Of a DNA stretch of 64,000 bases, positions 10,147-20,979 are shown piece by piece (position 1 is the stretch's first letter; the number at the start of each line of letters is the position of its first letter). Origin of the DNA: Polyangiales bacterium. Lineage in GTDB: Bacteria; Myxococcota_A; Polyangia; Polyangiales; Ga0077539. The stretch spans positions 32,001 through 96,000 of the forward strand of contig JBGARZ010000003.1 in NCBI GenBank assembly GCA_044229975.1, given 5' to 3'. A program made the translations under genes and the position numbers. The notes beneath the pieces were generated by a model. That model saw nothing but the letters and a program-made list of their open reading frames with translations. It was not told where the DNA came from and did no database searches.

Positions 10147-10865
10147 GCGCTCGTCGCCGGCGTCACGGTCGCGGTGCTCGGCCGCGGGGCCTTCTTCGGG
10201 CCGAGGATGTACTCCAGCACCATCAACCCGATGCCGACGGTGATGGCGATGTCCGCGACGTTGAAGGTCGGCCAGTGGTAGCGGGTCTTCCAGTGCGCGT
10301 GGATGAAGTCCACCACGAAGCCCAGACGAACGCGGTCGACGAGGTTGCCCACCGCGCCGCCGAGCACCAGCGGGAGCGCCCACTTCATCAGACGCTGACC
10401 GGGCTCCATCGTGCGGAAGAGGTGCACGATGAAGCCGATGGCGCCGATGGTGACCAGCAGGAAGAACGGCCGCCGCAGCGCCTCGCTCGTGCCGTGCAGG
10501 AAGCCAAACGCGCCGCCGCAGTTCTCCGCGTACTGGAAGTCGAGGAAGTCCTTGATGAGGACGATCTCGCGGTTGGCGATGCGCTGCGGGAGGTAGTGCT
10601 GCATGCCCGCGGGCGGCGTGCAGAGGGGCGGCGGGTGCGAGCTCACGCGCGACAGGTGGCTGAGCGCCCACGCCTTGCTCCAGAGGTCGGCCGCAGCGCT
10701 ACCGATCGCGACCGCCGCGAGGAAGGCCCAGTCGCGGGCCGTCACGGGCTCGACCTCCGGGGTCTTGGGCTTCGACGGCTTCGCCTCGACGACCTCCGCG
10801 GCGGGCTTCGTTTCGGCCTCGACGGCGGCGGTCTCGGCGGCTTCGGTCTGGGTCTCTTCGCTCAT
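10143..10865 (-). CDS. lspA: Signal peptidase II (lipoprotein signal peptidase)
   Basis: GGAVGNLVDRV, GFVVDFI, WPTFNVADIAI; directly downstream of ileS. Confidence 0.95.
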   Translation of the reverse strand: MSEETQTEAAETAAVEAETKPAAEVVEAKPSKPKTPEVEPVTARDWAFLAAVAIGSAAADLWSKAWALSHLSRVSSHPPPLCTPPAGMQHYLPQRIANREIVLIKDFLDFQYAENCGGAFGFLHGTSEALRRPFFLLVTIGAIGFIVHLFRTMEPGQRLMKWALPLVLGGAVGNLVDRVRLGFVVDFIHAHWKTRYHWPTFNVADIAITVGIGLMVLEYILGPKKAPRPSTATVTPATSA

Positions 10866-10880
10866 GGTTCCTCTACGGGG

Positions 10881-13800
10881 TCACGCGCCGCGGGCGCGAT
10901 CGAAGACTTCTACGGCGTGACGACAACGGGGGCATAGACCGTCGTCGCCGACGTCGCCACGACGACGCCAGCAACGGTCACACGCAGGCCCGGACGCGAG
11001 GCTCACACGACTCCCCTCGCCCGCGAGCTTGAGCTCGCCGAGGCCGAGGAGCTCGGCCGCCTGCGGAGCGAGCGGACCCAGCTCGGTCTGCTCGGCCTCG
11101 GTCAACGCGAGCGTCACCGTGGCGTCGCGCGCGTGGTCGATGCGCGCATCGGACCCGAACGCCCCTTCGCCCGCGCCGGGCTCGCGCCCCGCCTTCTTGG
11201 CGGCCTGCTTCTCGACGCCCCACGCCTGCACCACAGGCTCCAGCACCGCGAACACCGCCGTGCGTACCGCGCCCAGGCGGCGCATCGCGACGATGAGCGC
11301 GTCGCCGTCGCTGACCGCAGGAACCGTCGGCCACAGCTCCAGGTGGACGCTGTCGCCCTTGCCCGCGAAGGCCGGGATGTGATCCCAGACGTCCTCGGTG
11401 GAGAACGGGAGGATGGGCGCCACGATGGTCGCGATGGAGCGCACGAGGTGCTGCATCGTCGCGAGCGCCGACTGACGACGCGCCGAATCGGGGGCGTCGT
11501 TGTAGAGGCGGTCCTTGGAGGCGTCGAGGTAGAGGGCCGACAGCTCCTGGCAGAAGTCGAGCACCACCGCGAAGGCTTCGCGGAAGGCGTACTCGCGGTA
11601 GGCCCGCTCGCAGCGCGCGAGCACCTCGCCGAGGCGCACCATCGCCCAGCGGTCGAGGGGCTCCAGCGTGACCTCGGTGACGAGCGGGGCGGGCTCCTCG
11701 CGCAGGGCACCCAGCATGAAGCGCATGGTGTTGCGGATGCGCCGATAGGCGTCGATGGCCTGGTTCAGCACGGCGCGCGAGTAGGGCATGTCGTTGGCGT
11801 AGTCGACGAAAGCCGCCCACGCGCGGAAGAGCTCGGCTCCCTGCTCCGCGATGATCTTCTCTGGCGGGATGTACTCGATGTCATCCTGGGCGATGGCGAG
11901 GGCAACGTCGTCGAGGGAGGTCTTCTTCCCGAGGCGCTTGTTGGCCTCGGCGACCTTCTCGGGCGTCGCCCAGGTGCTCTTCATCGCTGCGAGCGCCGAC
12001 GCCAGGGAATCGCCACGCTCCACGCGTGCGACGAGGTCGTCGCGGCGCGCCTCCTGCCGACGGCGGATCGTGTTCTTGGCGTAGGGATTCCCGTTCTCGT
12101 CGCAGACGAAGCCGTGGGTGAGCACGCCGCGGTAGGGCGCCTCGCCGAGCACGGCGCAGCCCACCAGCAGCGACGAGTGAAACCACCCGCGGTGCTGATC
12201 GCTGCCTTCGAGGTACAGGTCCACCTTGGCGCCGAGGTCAGCCTCGGGCTCGCACACCGCGTAGAACGAGCTCCCCGACTCGAACCACACGTCGATGATG
12301 CTCGGGTCGCGAGCGAACTCTTCGCGCGGCCGGAGCGTTCCGTCGGCGCAGCGGATCTGCTCGGGCAGCACCGTCGGATCGTCGCTGTACCAGGCGTCGG
12401 CGCCGCGCTCGGCGAAGACCTTGGCCACGTGGTCGAGCAGCTCGGTGGTGAGCACCACTTCGCCCGTCGCCTTGTGCTGCACCGCGGGGATGGGAACGCC
12501 CCAGATGCGCTGCCGCGAGATGCACCAGTCGGGTCGCGCCTCGATCATGCCGCGGATGCGCTCGCGGCCCCACGACGGGATCCAACCCCGCGCAGTGCCT
12601 TCTCGCGACGCGCGCTCGCCGTCGGCGGCGAGGCGATCGATCTCCGACAGCGCGCGCTCGCGCAAGGTCGCGTTGAAGAAGCCGGGAGCCTTCATCGGCT
12701 CGTCCATCGCGATGAACCACTGCGTGGTGGCGCGGGTGATGAGCGGGTTCTTGCAGCGCCAGCAGATCGGGTACTTGTGCGTGATCGTCTGGCCAGGGGG
12801 CTGGAGCAGCGCGCCGCGCAGATGCAGGTGCAGCTCGATGACCGGGTTGGCTTCGAAGACGAAGCTGCCTTCGAGGCCCATCGTGAGAGAGGCGGCGCCG
12901 AGCTCGCCGGTGTACCGACCGTCGTCTCCGACGGGCGCGTACGCCTCCAGGCCGTTGGCGCTCCCGAGTTTGTAGTCGTCGCGTCCGTGGCCCGGTGCCG
13001 TGTGCACGAGGCCGGTGCCCGCGGTGCTCTCTACGTAGTCGGCGCCGTAGATCGTCGCCCAGCGCTCCTCGAAGGGATGGTGCGCGCGCAGACCGATGAG
13101 GAGCTCACCCTTGAACGCGGGACCGGTGACGACCTCGGCGAGGCCCGCGGCCTTCGCGACGGCCGCGGCGAGCGGGGCTGCGACGAGGAGTCCCTGACCG
13201 TCGGCGCCCTTGAGCACGACGTAGTCGAGCGCCGGGTGCACGGCGATGGCGAGGTTGGCGGGGATGGTCCACGGGGTGGTGGTCCAGATGACGGCGGAGA
13301 CCGTGGTGACGCCGTCGGGGAGCTTCGCCTGGAGCAGCTCGATGCTCGCGGGGTCGAGCGCGAACTTCACATAGATGGACGGCGAGACGTGCTGCTCGGC
13401 GTACTCGACCTCGGCCTCGGCGAGCGCCGTGCGGCAGTGCCAGCACCACTGCACCGGCTTCTTGCCGCGGTAGACGATCTCGTTGGCGACGAAGGCCCGT
13501 AGCGCGCGGATGATCTGCGCCTCGAAGCCCTTGTTCATCGTGAGGTAGGGCTTCTCCCAGGTGCCGAGCACGCCCAGGCGCTTGCGCTCGGTGCGCTGCA
13601 CGTCGACCCACTTGTTCGCCTCGTCGCGGCAGCGGGTGCGCATCTCCGTGGGGGAGACGTTCTCCTTCTTGCGCTTGGCCTCGCGGTCGACGTTGAGCTC
13701 GATGGGGAGGCCGTGGCAGTCCCAGCCGGGGATGAAGCGCGTGCGCTCGCCGAGCAGGTTGCGCGAGCGCGTGACGAAGTCCTTGAGCGCGTTGTTGAGC

Positions 13801-14006
13801 ACGTGCCCGTGGTGCATGTGCCCGTTGGCGTACGGCGGGCCGTCGTGGAAGACGAACTTCCCCGGGACCTCACGCGCCAGCATCCGCTCGTAGAGCTTCG
13901 TGGACTCCCAGCGGGCGAGCCACTGGGGTTCACGCTTGAAGAGGTCGCCCTTCATGGGGAAGGCGGTCTTCGGCAACAGACACGTTTCCTTGTAATCCCT
14001 GGACAC
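10881..14006 (-). CDS. ileS: Isoleucine--tRNA ligase (type 1, C-terminal Zn finger)
   Basis: LLPKTAFPMKG, HDGPPYANG, PGWDCHGLPIE, WTTTPWTIPAN, GTGLVHTAPGHG, DWCISRQRIWGVPIP, YLEGSDQHRGWF, CDRCW...CPRC; GTG start estimated. Confidence 0.97.
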   Translation of the reverse strand: MSRDYKETCLLPKTAFPMKGDLFKREPQWLARWESTKLYERMLAREVPGKFVFHDGPPYANGHMHHGHVLNNALKDFVTRSRNLLGERTRFIPGWDCHGLPIELNVDREAKRKKENVSPTEMRTRCRDEANKWVDVQRTERKRLGVLGTWEKPYLTMNKGFEAQIIRALRAFVANEIVYRGKKPVQWCWHCRTALAEAEVEYAEQHVSPSIYVKFALDPASIELLQAKLPDGVTTVSAVIWTTTPWTIPANLAIAVHPALDYVVLKGADGQGLLVAAPLAAAVAKAAGLAEVVTGPAFKGELLIGLRAHHPFEERWATIYGADYVESTAGTGLVHTAPGHGRDDYKLGSANGLEAYAPVGDDGRYTGELGAASLTMGLEGSFVFEANPVIELHLHLRGALLQPPGQTITHKYPICWRCKNPLITRATTQWFIAMDEPMKAPGFFNATLRERALSEIDRLAADGERASREGTARGWIPSWGRERIRGMIEARPDWCISRQRIWGVPIPAVQHKATGEVVLTTELLDHVAKVFAERGADAWYSDDPTVLPEQIRCADGTLRPREEFARDPSIIDVWFESGSSFYAVCEPEADLGAKVDLYLEGSDQHRGWFHSSLLVGCAVLGEAPYRGVLTHGFVCDENGNPYAKNTIRRRQEARRDDLVARVERGDSLASALAAMKSTWATPEKVAEANKRLGKKTSLDDVALAIAQDDIEYIPPEKIIAEQGAELFRAWAAFVDYANDMPYSRAVLNQAIDAYRRIRNTMRFMLGALREEPAPLVTEVTLEPLDRWAMVRLGEVLARCERAYREYAFREAFAVVLDFCQELSALYLDASKDRLYNDAPDSARRQSALATMQHLVRSIATIVAPILPFSTEDVWDHIPAFAGKGDSVHLELWPTVPAVSDGDALIVAMRRLGAVRTAVFAVLEPVVQAWGVEKQAAKKAGREPGAGEGAFGSDARIDHARDATVTLALTEAEQTELGPLAPQAAELLGLGELKLAGEGSRVSLASGPACDRCWRRRGDVGDDGLCPRCRHAVEVFDRARGA

Positions 14007-14100
14007 GGCGCATGGCCCTATCACACCCACCGGGGGGGTTCCAGACTGCGCGAGGTCCCGTGGACGCGACTCGCTCGCCTGCGTTAGGCCAGAGACCGCC

Positions 14101-14751
14101 ATGCAACAGCAGCCCGGCCCCTACGCACCGAACCGCTACGGCTACGCACCGCAGCCCGCGCCGATGCCGCCGAGCAAGGGGCCGTCGAAGCTCGCGATCG
14201 GTGCGGGCAGCGTCATCCTCGGCGGGCTCATGGTCACGGCGGCGGTGCTGCACTCGCGCGAGGTCGAGGAGTTCTCGCCCATCGTGTCGGTGTGCGGCGG
14301 AGGGGCGCCGCGGGGGACGCGGGCGCTCGCGGCGGGGCAGCCGCATCGACTCGTCGGCGCGCGGATGACCGGCTCGGCGTGGGTGCCAGATTTCTTCCGG
14401 GTGCCCGGCGAGATGCGGGCGACCGAGGCGGGCGGCGCGGATGTGGTCGCGTGCTTCGGGGACGAGACCAACACGACGCTAGAGACGTGCACGTATCAGG
14501 TGTGGTTCCGCGGGCGGACGTCGGAGGCCAACTATCCGCGGACGCAGGCCCAGCTCCCGGTGCGACTCGTTGCGGCGAGCACGGGGCAGGTCATCTCCCA
14601 GGGCGTGATCCAGGGCGCGGTGCCGCCCGCGTGCGACTCGCAGCGGAGCACGGCGGGGTCGAGCCCCAGCGCATTTCATGTGCAGGGCGCAGCAGTTAGC
14701 GCGACGGACGTGCAGTCTTGGGTGCAGTCGCCCGCGGCGCAGCTCCCATGA
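14101..14751 (+). CDS. Hypothetical membrane-anchored protein
   Basis: Pro/Gln/Tyr-rich N-terminus, one TM segment, Cys-containing extracytoplasmic domain. Confidence 0.6.
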   Translation: MQQQPGPYAPNRYGYAPQPAPMPPSKGPSKLAIGAGSVILGGLMVTAAVLHSREVEEFSPIVSVCGGGAPRGTRALAAGQPHRLVGARMTGSAWVPDFFRVPGEMRATEAGGADVVACFGDETNTTLETCTYQVWFRGRTSEANYPRTQAQLPVRLVAASTGQVISQGVIQGAVPPACDSQRSTAGSSPSAFHVQGAAVSATDVQSWVQSPAAQLP

Positions 14752-14773
14752 CTTCAGGCGACGTCTGAAGGCA

Positions 14774-17290
14774 TCAGGCGATCGCTCGCCCGCCCAGGCT
14801 CGCCACCAGCGCCACCAGCGCCTCGGGCTCCACCGGCTTCGTCATGTGGCGCTGAAAGCCCGACGCCAGCGCCCGCCTCGCGTCCTCCGCCTGCGCGTAC
14901 GCTGTCACGGCCACCGCCGGCGTGCGCCCGCCCTTCTCGGGTGACCGCGCCCTCACCTTGCGGATCAACGCGTGGCCGTCCTCCGTTGGCATCCCGATGT
15001 CGCTCACCAACACGTCGGGGCGCCGCTCGTCGAAGCTCGCCAACGCCGCCGCCACCGACCCCGCGAGCTCGACTTCGGCGCCGTCGCCGCGCAGCACCTC
15101 CGCCAGGAGCTCCCGCGCGTCGGGCTCGTCGTCGACCACCAGGACGCGCAGACCCTTCAGCACTCCCGACACCCGCTTGGGCGCCTGCTCCGTCATCGCC
15201 ACCTCGGGCACCGAGGCGCGTGGCAGCTCCTCGAACTCCAGCGGCAACGTCACCGTGAACGTCGCCCCCCGTCCAAGGCCCGCGCTCTCCGCCGACACCG
15301 TCCCACCGTGCAGCCCGATCAGGTGCCGCGCGATGGCCAACCCCAGTCCGAGGCCACCGTGTGAGCGCGTGCTGCTGCTGTCCGCCTGACGAAAACGCTC
15401 GAACACGTGCGGCAGAAACTCCGGCGCGATGCCCTCGCCGGTGTCCGTCACCACCAGGGTCACGGCCCCGTCCGAGCGCTCGGCCCGCACCGTCACCGTG
15501 CCGCCGCGCGGGGTGAACTTCACGGCGTTCCAGGTGAGGTTCCAGACCACCTGCTGGAGGCGGTCGGGGTCGCCGACGAGGGTGCCGAGGTCACTCGAAA
15601 CCTCCGCGACCAGACCGACGCCCTTCGCCTGCGCGCGCGGCCCCACCGTGTCGAGGGCGCCACGCACCACCGCGGCGAGGTCGACGGTCGCCACGGCGAG
15701 GTGCAGCTTGCCCGTCACGATGCGTGACACGTCGAGCACGTCGTCGATGAGCCGCGCCTGCGCCCGCGCGTTGCGCTCGATGACCTCCAGGCCCCGCTGC
15801 AACGCCACCGGGTCGCCCGCGCGCGCCGGGAGCATCGTCGTCCACCCGAGGATGGCCGTCATCGGCGTGCGCAGCTCGTGCGACACCGTCGCGATGAACT
15901 CGTCCTTCAGGCGGTTCGCCTCGCGCAGCTGCAGCTCCGCGTCCTTCCGGTCGGTGACGTCGACGCACACGCCCAGCATCCGCTCCAGCGCTCCGTCGGC
16001 GCCGAAGACCGGCGCCCCGCGGCCCTCGACCCAGCGCACCGTGCCGTCGGGCCGCACCACGCGATGCTCCATGCGAAGGTCGGTGCGCTCCGCGATGGCG
16101 CGCCGGATCGCGGAGCGCACGGCTTCGCGGTCGTCGGGGTGAAGCGCAGCCTGGTAGTCCTCCATCGTCCCGCCGAAGGAGCCCGGCCTGAACCCGTAGA
16201 TGCTCTCGACCCGCTCCGACCAGCGGACGCGGCCTGCGGGGACGTTCCACTCCCAGGCGCCCATGCCGCCCGCTTCGAGCGCGAGGCGCAGACGCAGCTC
16301 CTCCTCCTTCGCCCGCTCCTCGGCGCGACGGGCGTCGCCCAGCAGCCGCGCCAGCTCTTCGCGCGCCTCCCGCTCGGAGTCGTAGAGCCGCGCCCGCTCG
16401 ATGGCCTGCGAGCACTGCCGCGCGATGGCCGACAGCACCGCGCGATCGGCCTCACCGAAGCGATGCCGGTGGTCGAAGCGGAACGCCAACGCCCCGAGCA
16501 CCCTGCCCTCCAGGGAGAGCGGGAGGCAGGCCGCCGCCATGTCCACGCCGCGCTCCTCGGACATGGCCTCGGCGTCTGGAAACAGCGCGCGGTAGAGGGC
16601 ACGGGACTCGATCCACACGGGGGCGTCGCGGCGCGCGACCTCGGCGATGGGAATCGGAGCATCGAGCGAGACGCGCCCGAAGTTGGCCACCGAAGCCTCG
16701 CGGTACCCGACCTGGGCCAGCATCCGCAGTTCGCCGTCCTCCAGCAGCCAGCATCCGCCGATCGCTGCGCCGAGTGCCGCGATGCCGTGCTCGATGGAGA
16801 CGCGCGCGACGTCTTCCCGCCGGGGCGTCGCCGCGAGGGCCGCCGCCAGCGATTGGAGCTGCTCGGTGCGCACGGTGGACGCCTTGCGCTCGATGCGGTC
16901 GTCGGCCTCCCGCAACGCGCGGTGGACCACCGGGCCGAGGCGCTCCAGGTGGTCCTTGAGCACGTAGTCCGTGGCGCCCTCGCGGAGCGACTCGATGACC
17001 CTCGCCTCCCCGACGGCCCCCGACACGAACACGAACGGGAGATCCGAGAAGCGCCGACGGACCTCCGCCAGCGCCGCGAGCCCGTCCCACGCCGGCAGCA
17101 CCAGTTCGGACAGCACGAGGTCGAACTCCCTCGTCGCCAGCGCGTCGAGGAACTCGCTCCGTCCGCATGCGCGCTGCACGTCGTAGGACGCCGACTCCGC
17201 CGCGAGCAGCGACGCCACACGCCCGGCGTCGAGGTCGCTCGACTCCAGGTGCAGCACCGCGACGCGACGCCCGACGCCGCCCACCATCAC
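14774..17290 (-). CDS. Hybrid sensor histidine kinase (REC-GAF-PAS-HisKA-HATPase-REC)
   Basis: VSHELRTPM H-box, NAVKFTP, DTGEGI, GGLGLGL; PAS GMGAWEW...LHPDD; C-terminal REC VLVVDDE...LVSDIGMP. Confidence 0.93.
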   Translation of the reverse strand: MMVGGVGRRVAVLHLESSDLDAGRVASLLAAESASYDVQRACGRSEFLDALATREFDLVLSELVLPAWDGLAALAEVRRRFSDLPFVFVSGAVGEARVIESLREGATDYVLKDHLERLGPVVHRALREADDRIERKASTVRTEQLQSLAAALAATPRREDVARVSIEHGIAALGAAIGGCWLLEDGELRMLAQVGYREASVANFGRVSLDAPIPIAEVARRDAPVWIESRALYRALFPDAEAMSEERGVDMAAACLPLSLEGRVLGALAFRFDHRHRFGEADRAVLSAIARQCSQAIERARLYDSEREAREELARLLGDARRAEERAKEEELRLRLALEAGGMGAWEWNVPAGRVRWSERVESIYGFRPGSFGGTMEDYQAALHPDDREAVRSAIRRAIAERTDLRMEHRVVRPDGTVRWVEGRGAPVFGADGALERMLGVCVDVTDRKDAELQLREANRLKDEFIATVSHELRTPMTAILGWTTMLPARAGDPVALQRGLEVIERNARAQARLIDDVLDVSRIVTGKLHLAVATVDLAAVVRGALDTVGPRAQAKGVGLVAEVSSDLGTLVGDPDRLQQVVWNLTWNAVKFTPRGGTVTVRAERSDGAVTLVVTDTGEGIAPEFLPHVFERFRQADSSSTRSHGGLGLGLAIARHLIGLHGGTVSAESAGLGRGATFTVTLPLEFEELPRASVPEVAMTEQAPKRVSGVLKGLRVLVVDDEPDARELLAEVLRGDGAEVELAGSVAAALASFDERRPDVLVSDIGMPTEDGHALIRKVRARSPEKGGRTPAVAVTAYAQAEDARRALASGFQRHMTKPVEPEALVALVASLGGRAIA

Positions 17291-17294
17291 GGCC

Positions 17295-17780
17295 CTACTG
17301 GGTTCGCTTGATCACGTGGAAGCCGAAGTCGGTCTCCACGATGTCGCTGATCTGACCCACCCCGAGCGCGAAGGCCGCCTGCTCGAAGGCCGGCACCATG
17401 GCGCCGCGACCGAAGGTGTTGAGGCTGCCGCCCGACGTGGCCGCGCCGGGCTCGTCGCTGTACTGCCTCGCGAGCCCCGCGAAGTCTTCTCCCGCGCGGG
17501 CCCGGCGCAGCACGTCTTCCGCGCGGGCGCGCGCCTCTTCCCGCGTGCGGGTCACGTTGGGCGGAACCCGCTCCGACCGTCGATGCATCACCAGCACGTG
17601 CGACGCGCCGATGGTGGCCGGGCCCGCCGTGGAGGGCCGCGCGGCGCTCCCCGGGGCGGGCGGCGGCGGCGGGAGCGTCGAGGTCGCGGTGCGCGCGCCG
17701 GGCTCGTCGGGCGCACGGTTGCAGCCGACGGCGAGCGCGAGGAGGGCCGAAGCGAGGAGGGTCGGGACGTGGGACTTCAT
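17295..17780 (-). CDS. Parvulin (PpiC-type) peptidyl-prolyl isomerase, lipoprotein
   Basis: Lipobox AVGC; ASHVLV, FAGLARQYSD, MVPAFEQAAF, ETDFGFHVIKR. Confidence 0.9.
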   Translation of the reverse strand: MKSHVPTLLASALLALAVGCNRAPDEPGARTATSTLPPPPPAPGSAARPSTAGPATIGASHVLVMHRRSERVPPNVTRTREEARARAEDVLRRARAGEDFAGLARQYSDEPGAATSGGSLNTFGRGAMVPAFEQAAFALGVGQISDIVETDFGFHVIKRTQ

Positions 17781-17821
17781 GGCTACCGAAGCAGGTAGTG
17801 GGTTCGCTCCGACGGCGCAAG

Positions 17822-19255
<1,434 letters not shown>

Positions 19256-19256
19256 G

Positions 19257-19721
19257 TCAGCGCGCCCCCGCCGTCGCGTCGAAGCGCCCGCTCGCGTGCA
19301 GCGTCATGCGGCCCTGCACCAGCGTGGCCTCGAACTCACCCACGGCGTGGGTTCCGTCCCAGCTCGTGAGCGTGACCCAGCCCTCCTCGGGCCGCGGCTC
19401 CATCGTCTGCCCCGACGCGAAGGTGAAGCGCAGCACCGTCGGCCCGCCCGTCGCCGTGCGCTCGCCCGTCACCGCCGTCGAGGTCTCCAGCACCAGCTCG
19501 CGCACGTTGCCGCGGCTGCTGCGCGCCCGGAAGCGAAGCACCCCGAGGTTGTGGCTCACGTCGCTCGGCCGCAGCGGCATCCGCGACTCGCCCGACGCCC
19601 CGAGCGCCGCGGCGCCCGCCCCGAGCGCCGTCACCGACAGCTCGACGAAGCCCGGCGACTGCGCCTCCGCCGACACCGCCCACAACCCCGCCGCCAACGC
19701 CGTCGTCCACCATGCACGCAT
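19257..19721 (-). CDS. Hypothetical secreted beta-rich protein
   Basis: Signal peptide MRAWWTTALAAGLWAVSAEA; fits between lysC and the regulator in the same orientation. Confidence 0.55.
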   Translation of the reverse strand: MRAWWTTALAAGLWAVSAEAQSPGFVELSVTALGAGAAALGASGESRMPLRPSDVSHNLGVLRFRARSSRGNVRELVLETSTAVTGERTATGGPTVLRFTFASGQTMEPRPEEGWVTLTSWDGTHAVGEFEATLVQGRMTLHASGRFDATAGAR

Positions 19722-19741
19722 GCGCGGCAGACTATCACCGC

Positions 19742-20932
19742 TCACCCGTCGCAGAAGCGACGGTGCAGCGCCCGCGTCATGCCCTCGGCCTGCGCCCGCG
19801 GCACCGCCAGCGTCACGCGAAACGGCGTGCTCGCGACCGATGACGGCGCGCACCCCTCGGCCCGCGCGCAGGCCACCACGGCGCGCAGCACCGAACCGTC
19901 TTCGGTGAGTCCGTCGCCCACCGCGGAGACGCTCGCCACGTCGGCCACCACCTCGACGCCCGCCGCCACGAGCGCCGACGACGCGCGCTCCCAATCCGGA
20001 ACCCTCGGCAGCGACACCCACGCCGTCAGCCGACCGTCCGCCCAGGTCGTCGCCCGCAACGGAACGCCCTGCTCGTCGGCGAGCGCGAGCAACCCTTCGT
20101 ACTCGCCGACGTCGCGCGCCTCGGCCCGCAGGTACGCCGCGAGCACGTCGCCCACCACCGCGCGCACCTTCGTCGGCGCGGGCGGCGCGTCGGCGCGCAC
20201 CACCGTCTGCCGGGCGCTCGCATCCCCTGGCGCGTCGTCGGTGCGGCGCGCGTGGATCTCGATGCGCTCACGCTTCGCGAAGGCCACGGCCTCGGCGTTG
20301 AGCACCTTCGCGCCGACCTCGGCCATCTCCTGGAGCTCGGCGTACCCGAGCGTGGGCAGGTGCCTCGCCTCAGGCACCACGCGCGGGTCGGCGGTGTAGA
20401 CCCCGTCGACGTCGGAGTAGATCTCGCAGCGGTCGGCGCGCAGGGCAGCCGCGAGGGCGACGGCGGTGGTGTCGCTGCCGCCGCGACCGAGGGTGGTGAT
20501 CTCGCGGCGGTACGACATGCCCTGGTAGCCCGCGACGATGACCACGCGACCGCGGGCGAGCTCGTCCTCGATGCGGAACGGCCGCACCTCGATGATGCGC
20601 GCGTCGAAGTGGCGGTCGTTGGTGATGATCCCGCTCTGCGACCCTGTGAAGGAGATGGCGTCCTCGCCGCGGTGCTGGAGCGCGATGGCCAGCAGGGCCA
20701 TGGTGGTGCGCTCGCCCACCGAGAGCAGCATGTCGAGCTCGCGGCGCGCGGGCGTCGGGCTCACCTCGCGGGCCAGCGACAGGAGCTGGTCCGTCGTCTT
20801 GCCCATGGCGCTCACGACCACGACGACCTGGTGACCCGCTCGGCGTTCGGCGACGACGCGGTCGGCGACCCGCCCGAGCCGCGTGAGGTCGGCCACCGAG
20901 GAGCCACCGTACTTCTGCACGATCACGCTCAT
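19742..20932 (-). CDS. lysC: Aspartate kinase
   Basis: [48 protein letters not shown]; degenerate ACT-like C-terminus. Confidence 0.95.
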   Translation of the reverse strand: MSVIVQKYGGSSVADLTRLGRVADRVVAERRAGHQVVVVVSAMGKTTDQLLSLAREVSPTPARRELDMLLSVGERTTMALLAIALQHRGEDAISFTGSQSGIITNDRHFDARIIEVRPFRIEDELARGRVVIVAGYQGMSYRREITTLGRGGSDTTAVALAAALRADRCEIYSDVDGVYTADPRVVPEARHLPTLGYAELQEMAEVGAKVLNAEAVAFAKRERIEIHARRTDDAPGDASARQTVVRADAPPAPTKVRAVVGDVLAAYLRAEARDVGEYEGLLALADEQGVPLRATTWADGRLTAWVSLPRVPDWERASSALVAAGVEVVADVASVSAVGDGLTEDGSVLRAVVACARAEGCAPSSVASTPFRVTLAVPRAQAEGMTRALHRRFCDG

Positions 20933-20979
20933 GGAACGACTCCGTTACCCCGCGAGGGCCGTGGGCGTAAACTTGTCGG

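Noticed and set aside
11870..12071. Intein or intron in ileS
   Set aside because: The insertion is short, in frame, and lacks intein terminal residues (C/S...HN) or endonuclease motifs
14007..14100. T-box leader upstream of ileS
   Set aside because: Under 100 nt before the divergent gene, and no T-box consensus
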